Shown piece by piece: positions 56,996 to 64,000 of a DNA stretch of 64,000 nucleotides (its first letter is position 1; every line of letters begins with the position of its first letter). The DNA lies in assembly GCA_964013405.1 (NCBI GenBank), contig CAXGWI010000002.1, positions 32,040 through 96,039 on the forward strand. The letters are read 5' to 3'. The DNA comes from an uncultured Myxococcales bacterium (GTDB taxonomy: Bacteria; Myxococcota; UBA4151). Both the position numbers and the translations under genes were made by a program. The notes below the pieces were generated by a model. The model ran no database searches. It worked only from the letters and a program-made list of their open reading frames with translations, and was not told the DNA's origin.

Positions 56996-57855
56996 AGCGT
57001 CTCATTTGGATTCTTCCCCTGTTGGCTCTGGGCGGTGCGACCTTATCCTTGCACGGTCACCTCGATGCCTTGGAAGCCCAACGAACGACGGAGGTTGGCT
57101 GGACGCCCCCGCCGTCCCTGACCACCTTGAAAGTGAGTTCGATGGGTTATGAGCACATGGCATCGGATTTTATGTGGCTCCAAGCCCTTCAATATTACGG
57201 TGCCCATGAACAAAACAAACCCGACGGATTTTTCCGTCTGCTCGTGCCCATTCTGAAAACAGTAGTCGGTCTCGATCCATCCTTTGAGTACGCCTATCGC
57301 TTTGGTGGTGTCTCTGCTGTCGGTCCCCAGGGTGAGAATGTTGATTTAGCCAATGAGTTGCTTGCCATAGGTGCGCAACACCGACCCGATTCCTGGCGAA
57401 TTCCCTATCTTCGGGCCTCTAACTGTCTCCAATACGTCCCAGAGGACAGCGCTTGCATCGCTGAGGGCTTCGCTCGGGCCTCGCAAATCGAAGGTGCGCC
57501 GGAGTGGATGGACCTACTCGCAAGCCGGGCCTTGGCCAACAACAAAGAGGAAGGCCTGGCCCGGGACTTGATTTATCGCGCACTACAAAAAACCAAGGAC
57601 CCTATTCTGCAGGCCCGCCTTCAGGACCGCTTGGTTGCATTGGAAGTCAACGAAGTGCTCCGCCGAATCGATGGGGCCGTCAACGCATGGCGGGCGGCTG
57701 GGGGTACCGGCTGCCCCGATGGCTTGGACAAGTTGGAAGCACACGGGGTGGATTCGAATCTTGAGCCACCGGCCGGAGGCCATTACTTTTTGGACCAGGA
57801 CTGCAAGGCGCAAAGCTCGACGCAGGTGGGTGGTCTGGAGTTGTACCGACGATGA
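56992..57855 (+). CDS. pilG: Myxobacterial PilG-like pilus accessory protein
   Basis: N-terminal TM, SDFMWLQALQYYG, LDPSFEYAY; sits before an ABC pair as in the Myxococcus pilGHI arrangement. Confidence 0.7.
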   Translation: MKRLIWILPLLALGGATLSLHGHLDALEAQRTTEVGWTPPPSLTTLKVSSMGYEHMASDFMWLQALQYYGAHEQNKPDGFFRLLVPILKTVVGLDPSFEYAYRFGGVSAVGPQGENVDLANELLAIGAQHRPDSWRIPYLRASNCLQYVPEDSACIAEGFARASQIEGAPEWMDLLASRALANNKEEGLARDLIYRALQKTKDPILQARLQDRLVALEVNEVLRRIDGAVNAWRAAGGTGCPDGLDKLEAHGVDSNLEPPAGGHYFLDQDCKAQSSTQVGGLELYRR

Positions 57856-58589
57856 CAGCGATCGAGATCAAGGGACTGAAGAAAACCTATCGATCACCCT
57901 TTTTGCGCCGTGAGGTGGAGGGGCTCCGCGGCCTGGATCTCTCGGTCATGCCCAATGAGATCTATGGCTTTCTGGGACCCAACGGTGCGGGCAAGAGTAC
58001 CACGATCAAGATTCTCACAGGCATCATCCATCCCAGTGAAGGCAGCGCCCAGATCCTCGGTGTCGATGTCCGCGCGGTGCGTGCCCGAGAGCAATTGGGG
58101 TATATGCCGGAGTTTCCCACCTTCCATGATTTCCTCCGAACGGAGGAGTTCCTTGGCTTCTTTGGTGCATTGCATGGAATCCAGGGTGACGTTCTAGCGA
58201 AACGTATCGATGAGGTGCTCGAATGGGTGGGTCTGCCCGGCGTGATGGGGCAGCCGCTGAAAACCTTCTCGAAGGGGATGCTCCAGCGAATCGGTTTGGC
58301 CCAGGCGATCTTGCATGATCCGGCGGTGGTGATCCTCGATGAGCCCATGAGCGGGCTTGATCCGATGGGTCGCCGGGATGTGCGGCGCCTGATGGAGCAC
58401 CTCCGTGAGCAGGGAAAGACCGTGATGTTTTCAAGTCACGTCCTCTCCGATGTGGAAGAAGTCGCGGACCGGATTTGTGTGCTGCGGGAGGGCAAGAAAG
58501 TCTTGGAGGGCAAGGTCTCTGAACTCCTTGCCGATGCGGAGGTCGAGCGACTCGAAGATCTGTTCTTCCTTGGGGAGGAAGACTCATGA
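57852..58589 (+). CDS. pilH: ABC transporter ATP-binding protein (myxobacterial PilH-like)
   Basis: GPNGAGKST, FSKGMLQR, ILDEPMSGLDPMGR, SSH. Confidence 0.82.
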   Translation: MTAIEIKGLKKTYRSPFLRREVEGLRGLDLSVMPNEIYGFLGPNGAGKSTTIKILTGIIHPSEGSAQILGVDVRAVRAREQLGYMPEFPTFHDFLRTEEFLGFFGALHGIQGDVLAKRIDEVLEWVGLPGVMGQPLKTFSKGMLQRIGLAQAILHDPAVVILDEPMSGLDPMGRRDVRRLMEHLREQGKTVMFSSHVLSDVEEVADRICVLREGKKVLEGKVSELLADAEVERLEDLFFLGEEDS

Positions 58590-59350
58590 GAGCGGTCCTG
58601 CCCATCGCCCAGTTGACCTTGAGGGAGGCGGTCCGAAACAAGGTCTTTGTTAATTTAGCAGTCTTTGCCGCGTTGATGGTCGGCCTGGCGCTCTTGATGA
58701 CCGGGCTGACCGTCGGGCAGCATCAGCGGATCATACATACGCTGAGCTTCGGCACCTTGTCGGTGGTGGGCAACCTCATCGCTGTCTTTCTCGGGGCAGG
58801 CCTCATCGCCAATGAGGTGGAGCGCAAGTCTCTCTATGCCATCGTCAGTCGTCCCATCGGCCGTTGGACCGTTGTCATCGGTCGTTATCTGGGGCTCGCT
58901 TGGGTGCTTGCGCTCAACACCGCTGGTGGCGGGCTGCTCATTACCGTGATCCTCGCGATGGGGGACCAAGTGCCTTCGGAGCACTTCGTTCTCGGGCTGT
59001 TCCTGATCTATCTGGAAATGCTCCTCGTGCTCTCTATCTCGGTCTTGTTTTCAAGTTTCTCGACCCCCACGCTCTCCGCGACCTTCTCATTTTGTTTCAT
59101 GGTGATCGGCCGGATGAGCCCGGAGTTGATCGATCTCCTGCCCGTGGCCGAAAGCGAAGGGCTGCGGACCTTAATGCGATTCACCTATTCGGTTTTACCG
59201 AACCTCGCTCGGCTCGATCCCATGGCGTTGGTGCTCCACGGTAGTCCATTGCCAGGGCATATCGCCGCGCTCACCGCCTATGCGCTGGCTTATACATCCC
59301 TACTGCTCACCGCGGCCTGCTGGGTATTTACCCGCCGGGACCTCAAATGA
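58586..59350 (+). CDS. pilI: ABC-2-type permease (myxobacterial PilI-like)
   Basis: TLREAVRNKV, EVERKSLYAIVSRPI, C-terminal FTRRDLK; about 6 TMs. Confidence 0.8.
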   Translation: MRAVLPIAQLTLREAVRNKVFVNLAVFAALMVGLALLMTGLTVGQHQRIIHTLSFGTLSVVGNLIAVFLGAGLIANEVERKSLYAIVSRPIGRWTVVIGRYLGLAWVLALNTAGGGLLITVILAMGDQVPSEHFVLGLFLIYLEMLLVLSISVLFSSFSTPTLSATFSFCFMVIGRMSPELIDLLPVAESEGLRTLMRFTYSVLPNLARLDPMALVLHGSPLPGHIAALTAYALAYTSLLLTAACWVFTRRDLK

Positions 59351-60288
59351 GCCAGCCCGACCTAACGGTCAGCATCGTCAGTTACTGTGTGGCTGAGCGG
59401 ATGACATCCTGTCTTCGCGCAGCAGCTGCCGCTGCACCACGACATCAACTGCAGGTGATCGTGGTGGACAATGCGAGTACCGATGAGTCCCCCAAGTTGC
59501 TCACGTCGATGGCCACAGAGATGGGCTTCGAACTGATTTTGAATGACGAGAATCTCGGCTTTGCTGCAGCCAACAATCAGGCTCTTGTTCAGGCCCGTGG
59601 TCGCTATTTTATGCTGCTCAACCCCGATACGGAGGTCGTCGGAGATGGGCTGTCCCAGCTCATCGACGCCATGGACGCCGACGAGGGCCTGGGAGCGATC
59701 GGTCCCCAACTTCTCGATGAGCACGGCACCGTGACTGCCTCCTGTCGTCGACTGCCAAATCTCGAACGGAGTTTCTGGCATCTCTCCTATCTCGATAAAC
59801 TCTTTCCTCGCCTTCCGCGACTGCGGGATTACATGATGTCCGACTTTGATCACTGCAGCAGTCGAGATGTGGAGCAGCCTCAAGGGGCAGCCCTCCTCCT
59901 GCGCCGAAGTGTGATCGATCAAATCGGCCCCCTCGATGAGCGATTCTTTCTTTATTATGAGGAGGTGGACTGGTGTGCCCGTGTCGCTGCGGCGGGGCAC
60001 CGGATCCACTTTCTAGCGACAGCCCAGGTTCGTCATGCAGCGGGTTCTTCAGCGGACAAGGTCTGGGGCCGAGCCATCCACCACTTCTTTGAATCGATGG
60101 TTCGCTACCATCGGAAGAACCATGGGTTGTGGGCTGCATTAGCCGTGAAAGTCATGATCGTGGGCGGCGCCATCTTGCGGATGATTGCTTGGCTCTGGCT
60201 CTGGCTTCGAGGCCGACTGACCTGGGCTGAGCGCCGTCGGCGAACCCGCGCATTTTTCCAAATTCTGTTCGATCTACCGAGCTTCTAG
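59347..60288 (+). CDS. GT2-family glycosyltransferase (WbbL-like)
   Basis: VVDNASTD, NLGFAAANN, LLNPDT, DERFFLYYEEVDWC. Confidence 0.92.
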   Translation: MSQPDLTVSIVSYCVAERMTSCLRAAAAAAPRHQLQVIVVDNASTDESPKLLTSMATEMGFELILNDENLGFAAANNQALVQARGRYFMLLNPDTEVVGDGLSQLIDAMDADEGLGAIGPQLLDEHGTVTASCRRLPNLERSFWHLSYLDKLFPRLPRLRDYMMSDFDHCSSRDVEQPQGAALLLRRSVIDQIGPLDERFFLYYEEVDWCARVAAAGHRIHFLATAQVRHAAGSSADKVWGRAIHHFFESMVRYHRKNHGLWAALAVKVMIVGGAILRMIAWLWLWLRGRLTWAERRRRTRAFFQILFDLPSF

Positions 60289-60298
60289 GGATGGCGAG

Positions 60299-61357
60299 AT
60301 GAACGGGGACTTCAAGGTGCTCTACCTCGCCAAGGGGGACCGGACCTATCCTTCGAGTCGGTATCGCGTCTGGCAATTCGTCGAACCGCTTGCTCGAGAG
60401 GGGATCAGCGTTGAGGTGAGGCCCCTGTTCGACAACCGCTGGATGAAGCAGGTGATGGAGCGCCAAGGACTGGCCCGCCGAGTGACTCGCTTAGGCCTTG
60501 GGGCTGAAGCGGTCCTGCGGCGATGGAAAGGCTTTACGGGCTTGGCCGATTACGACTTGGTCATCCTAGAGCAAGAGCTGGCCCCTCTGTTGCCCTTTGC
60601 CCTTGAACAACACATTTTGTCTGATGCCCGGCGGATCGCCATCGAATTGGATGACGCCCACCACCTTAAACCGGGCCGAGCCGGCAAGTTTAACCATTGG
60701 TTCGCGGCGGCGGATGGGGTGATTTGTGGCAACGAGTTTCTCGCGCAGGCAGTGATGTCCGCCGGGGGACGGCCCCATATCGTCCCCACCGTTGTCGACC
60801 TGGCCCGCTACTCGGTGAAGCAGCACGCTTCAACGCTGCCCCTTCGCCTTGTTTGGCTGGGCTTGGCCAGTAACTTGCCCCACTTGCGTATGCTGGAAGA
60901 AGCCCTGCGTTCCCTCCGCGGCGATCTGGATCTGGAATTGGTTGTCATCAGCAGTTCAGCACCGGAGATGGCGGGCGTCCAAGTGAGGCATGAGGCCTGG
61001 TCAGAAGCCGAAGAGGGGAATCTCATTCGAAGCTGTGACATTGGCCTCATGCCCCTGCCCGACGAGCCCTGGACCCAAGGGAAATGCGGTCTGAAACTTA
61101 TCCAATATCTGGCGTCGGGGTTACCCGCGATTGCTTCGCCGGTTGGCGTCAACCAACGGCTGGCCGAGGGCGGAGGCATCCTGTTGGCGCAAACAGCGCA
61201 GGAGTGGGCTGCCGGTATTCGGCAACTGGCCGACCCTGAGCAGCGGGCCCAATTGGGTGAGGAAGGTCGACAATCCGTCGCCGACAACTGGAGCTTAGGG
61301 GGCTGGGCGAAGCGGCTAGCTGATGTCTATAGGCGTCTCGGAGCAGGTGATGCTTGA
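60299..61357 (+). CDS. GT4-family glycosyltransferase
   Basis: PSSRYRV.QF, VPTVVD, DIGLMPL, GKCGLKLIQYLASGLPAIASPVG. Confidence 0.9.
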   Translation: MNGDFKVLYLAKGDRTYPSSRYRVWQFVEPLAREGISVEVRPLFDNRWMKQVMERQGLARRVTRLGLGAEAVLRRWKGFTGLADYDLVILEQELAPLLPFALEQHILSDARRIAIELDDAHHLKPGRAGKFNHWFAAADGVICGNEFLAQAVMSAGGRPHIVPTVVDLARYSVKQHASTLPLRLVWLGLASNLPHLRMLEEALRSLRGDLDLELVVISSSAPEMAGVQVRHEAWSEAEEGNLIRSCDIGLMPLPDEPWTQGKCGLKLIQYLASGLPAIASPVGVNQRLAEGGGILLAQTAQEWAAGIRQLADPEQRAQLGEEGRQSVADNWSLGGWAKRLADVYRRLGAGDA

Positions 61358-62474
61358 GGTCGTTCGGGTTGCGGTGACGTTTGTCCTTGGACTTGGGGCC
61401 TGTCTCTATTTGGCGCCAAGGTTAGCCGAGGCGGCCCGTCGCTACGGCATCGTGGACGCTCCCGATGGCTCCCTAAAGACGCAAGATGCGCCCGTCGCTT
61501 ACCTCGGGGGCTTAGCGGTCTACATCGCGGTCCTTTTGTCCCTCGCACTGGCTCTGCCTTTTGGTGAGGCCCAGCCCGCAGAAAGTCCCGACCTTTTTCG
61601 CGACCCGCAGGTGCTCGCCATGCTTCTGGCCGGCACGCTGTTCATGAGTCTGGGTCTTTTGGACGATCTGAGTCGTTTGTCCGTTCGCGACAAGCTGCTT
61701 GGCCAGTTTTTAGCCGTCGCCGTACTCCTGAAGGCCGGCGTTTCGATTCAACTGGTCGAGATGCAAGAGCCGGTTCAATGGGCCCTTTCGGCATTGTGGA
61801 TTTTGGCCTGCGCAAATGCCGTCAACCTACTGGATGTCCACGACGGCCTCGCCGTGACGGTCGCCGGCGTCAGCAGCCTTGGCTTCGCTGTCCTCGGGCT
61901 GAGCACGGGGGATCTGCGGATGGCCCTGATCGGCGCGGCCCTCGCCGGCGCTTGTTGGGGCTTTCTTGGTGTGAACCGAGCCCCGGCCCAACAATACCTG
62001 GGGGACTGTGGGTCGCTGTTCATCGGCGGCCTGCTGGGGATGCTGGCTTTGATGGGGCGCTACGATGGCGGCTCAGGCCTCGGGCGCCTCATTGCCCCCA
62101 TCGCCTTCATGGCCCTCCCCTTCGCTGAGGTGGCCCAGTTGATCCTCGCTCGACTTCGTCTCGGGCTCAACCCCTTCCGAGGCAGCCGCCACCATATCGC
62201 CCACAGGCTCGGGGTGCTCGGTCTCTCGGCGAAGCAGGTCCCACTCCTCTGCGGCCTTATCCAGCTCGGCTTCGTGGGCGGCGCTCTCTTCGGGCTCCGG
62301 CACGGGGCCAAAGCCGAACTCGCCCTCGCTGTCACTTGGGTGGTAGCCTGTGGCGTCCTGCTTTTCCTCCCGGCCGAAGAGCCGAAGGGTGATGATCGCG
62401 AACAGGAAAGCCAGGCTGGTGATCCAGGCGAGCAGCCGATCGGGGTTATCGAAGACGACAGGCCACCGGCCTAG
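61350..62474 (+). CDS. wecA: MraY/WecA-family polyprenyl-phosphate sugar-1-phosphate transferase
   Basis: YLGGLA, GLLDD, NAVNLLDVHDGL, YLGDCGS, RHHIAHRL. Confidence 0.85.
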   Translation: MLEVVRVAVTFVLGLGACLYLAPRLAEAARRYGIVDAPDGSLKTQDAPVAYLGGLAVYIAVLLSLALALPFGEAQPAESPDLFRDPQVLAMLLAGTLFMSLGLLDDLSRLSVRDKLLGQFLAVAVLLKAGVSIQLVEMQEPVQWALSALWILACANAVNLLDVHDGLAVTVAGVSSLGFAVLGLSTGDLRMALIGAALAGACWGFLGVNRAPAQQYLGDCGSLFIGGLLGMLALMGRYDGGSGLGRLIAPIAFMALPFAEVAQLILARLRLGLNPFRGSRHHIAHRLGVLGLSAKQVPLLCGLIQLGFVGGALFGLRHGAKAELALAVTWVVACGVLLFLPAEEPKGDDREQESQAGDPGEQPIGVIEDDRPPA

Positions 62475-63059
62475 TCGGGCTTCAAGGCCGGCAAAGATCC
62501 CGGGGGCATTGGCCGGCCAACGGCGAATCACCATGCCTTGGGCTTCTAGGTCTTTGATTGAGACGTTTTTGCCTGAGACGCTCAGGCGTCGGCCGTCGAT
62601 GACTCGAAAGAGGGTGGGGCGACCTTCGATGGTGACAAGAACCATTTCCTGGCAACTCTTGGGGTCGGCCTGCTCACAGATCTGAATGGGTGAGGCCTTG
62701 TAGCCTAGGCCTCGGATAAGGGACCGGAAGGCCTGGGAGCGTTCAAAAGCGCTGCTGACAGCCCCATGCCGGCGGACGAGACGGGCTGGGATGGCCGGCG
62801 CGACCGGGGGGTCCATAGGCGGATGCAGCGGGATGGCCATGGCGAAGTCCGCCAACTGCAGGATTCGGGGCACGTGCCCCTGAGCCGCTTTCGCCTGCAA
62901 TTTTGCCTTGGCCTGGACGAACCGGTCATTATTGTTGGAGATAAACCAGAGCATGACGGTGGCCAACAGGAAGCCACCCGAGAGCATGGGAACAAAACGG
63001 AGGATGAAACCCCTGTGTTGATTCGGGGACAACTTCGAGATGAGTTCTAGCCCGCCCAT
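62073..63059 (-). CDS. Hypothetical two-TM protein with periplasmic domain (start uncertain: 63059 or 62987)
   Basis: Fills 62475-63039, which is otherwise non-coding; TM, soluble domain with a Cys pair, TM; acidic tail runs antisense into the wecA-like gene. Confidence 0.55.
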   Translation of the reverse strand: MGGLELISKLSPNQHRGFILRFVPMLSGGFLLATVMLWFISNNNDRFVQAKAKLQAKAAQGHVPRILQLADFAMAIPLHPPMDPPVAPAIPARLVRRHGAVSSAFERSQAFRSLIRGLGYKASPIQICEQADPKSCQEMVLVTIEGRPTLFRVIDGRRLSVSGKNVSIKDLEAQGMVIRRWPANAPGIFAGLEARLGRWPVVFDNPDRLLAWITSLAFLFAIITLRLFGREEKQDATGYHPSDSEGEFGFGPVPEPEESAAHEAELDKAAEEWDLLRRETEHPEPVGDMVAAASEGVEPETKSSEDQLGHLSEGEGHEGDGGNEAPEA

Positions 63060-64000
63060 ACGCCCCCTCGTGGTCCACCTGATTACTCGGCTTGAGAACG
63101 GTGGCGCACAGCGCCATGCCCTATACATCTTAAATGGTCTACCGCAGGCGCGCTTCCGTGTGATGCTCGCTTACGGGCCGGGGGGCTACTTGGATGATGA
63201 AGCTCAAGAAATTCCGGGGCTTGAATGTCGGCCGATCGAGGGTCTCCGGCGCCAACTCGGCCCCTTCGGTGATGTGGTGGCCTTGCGGGAACTGATCCAC
63301 TTCCTTAAGCCCCTCTGCCAGGCCCAGCCGGTGATTTTGCAGACCCACAGCTCCAAAGCGGGGATTCTCGGTCGAATCGCCGGTCGGGTTGCCGGCGCAA
63401 CCGCTGTGATCCATACGATTCACGGCTATGGCTTTCGGGCCGGCGGGAGCCCCCTTTCCCGCCGCCTTCTGCTCGCCGCCGAGCGGGGGGTTGCGCCGCT
63501 GATGGATCACGCCCTCTGTGTGTCTTATGCCGACTTAAACGAGGGGGCGGCGAGGGGGCTTCTGGATCGGAAGCGGGCATCGGTGATTCGGGCAGGGATC
63601 GATGTTCAGGCCCATCGTAAAGATACCCGGGCGGGTCAGGCCCTTCGAGAGCGTCTCGGGATTCCCCTCGATGTGCCTTTGCTCGGGACGGTCGCTTGTC
63701 TCAAGCCGCAGAAGGCTCCCCTTGATTTCGTATCCGCCTGTGGCCGAGTGCTCACTGCCCGTCCCGAGAGCCACTTTATCCTCGTGGGAGACGGTGACTT
63801 AAGAGCTGCGGTCGAGGAGGCGATCGGGCAGTGGCCCGGCCTAGCCGGCCGATTGCACTTGCTTGGCTGGACCGATGAGGTCCCGGCTGTGCTCTCGGCC
63901 TTAGATGTTTTTGTGCTCACCAGCCTTTGGGAGGGACTTCCCCGGGCCTTGTTGGAAGCTCGAGCGGCGGGCTTGCCTTGTGTGGTGACGGATACCTGCG
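63040..64000 (+). CDS. GT4-family glycosyltransferase (3'-truncated; absent from the ORF track)
   Basis: Manual translation from ATG 63040: MSSSPPIRPLVVHLITRLENGGAQRH...QTHSSKAGILGR...HTIHG...LKPQK...VGDG...SLWEGLPRALLEA. Confidence 0.9.
   Translation, partial: MSSSPPIRPLVVHLITRLENGGAQRHALYILNGLPQARFRVMLAYGPGGYLDDEAQEIPGLECRPIEGLRRQLGPFGDVVALRELIHFLKPLCQAQPVILQTHSSKAGILGRIAGRVAGATAVIHTIHGYGFRAGGSPLSRRLLLAAERGVAPLMDHALCVSYADLNEGAARGLLDRKRASVIRAGIDVQAHRKDTRAGQALRERLGIPLDVPLLGTVACLKPQKAPLDFVSACGRVLTARPESHFILVGDGDLRAAVEEAIGQWPGLAGRLHLLGWTDEVPAVLSALDVFVLTSLWEGLPRALLEARAAGLPCVVTDTC

Overview
GC-rich, densely packed bacterial chromosome segment. DUF4215-type cysteine-rich repeats, the pilA-pilGHI organisation and the GlnRS-YqeY fusion point to Myxococcota or a related deltaproteobacterium (inference). 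In order, the window holds: (1) 1-5731, a tightly coupled, apparently uncharacterised lipid/secondary-metabolite operon (MMPL transporter, desaturase, His-rich membrane protein, DarB/StlD-type ketosynthase, heme-oxygenase-like diiron protein, DUF6999-like protein); (2) a PhoB/PhoR-like pair, sufE and a GH3-family protein; (3) 10.6-26.6 kb, a cluster of cysteine-rich surface lipoproteins (repeat stalks with C-type lectin or fibrinogen-like heads, Kazal/pacifastin proteins, an exported amidohydrolase, a CxxC redoxin), interspersed with an internally deleted thrC and ltaE; (4) glnS, a zincin and a TetR-controlled RND pump with visible operators; (5) a degenerate GT51-like protein, a hybrid kinase, an aminotransferase, ispE and an RlmI-like methyltransferase; (6) an MCE/Mla operon whose two ATPases are complementarily degenerate, then fdhD, a kinase/sigma-54 activator pair and a MOSC protein; (7) a type IVa pilin locus (pilD, TMTC-like protein, sigma-54-driven pilA, O-antigen-ligase-like protein, pilGHI, glycosyltransferases, WecA-like enzyme). 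I recognised no rRNA, tRNA, CRISPR array, integrase or transposase. All family calls come from motif recognition by eye, not database searches.
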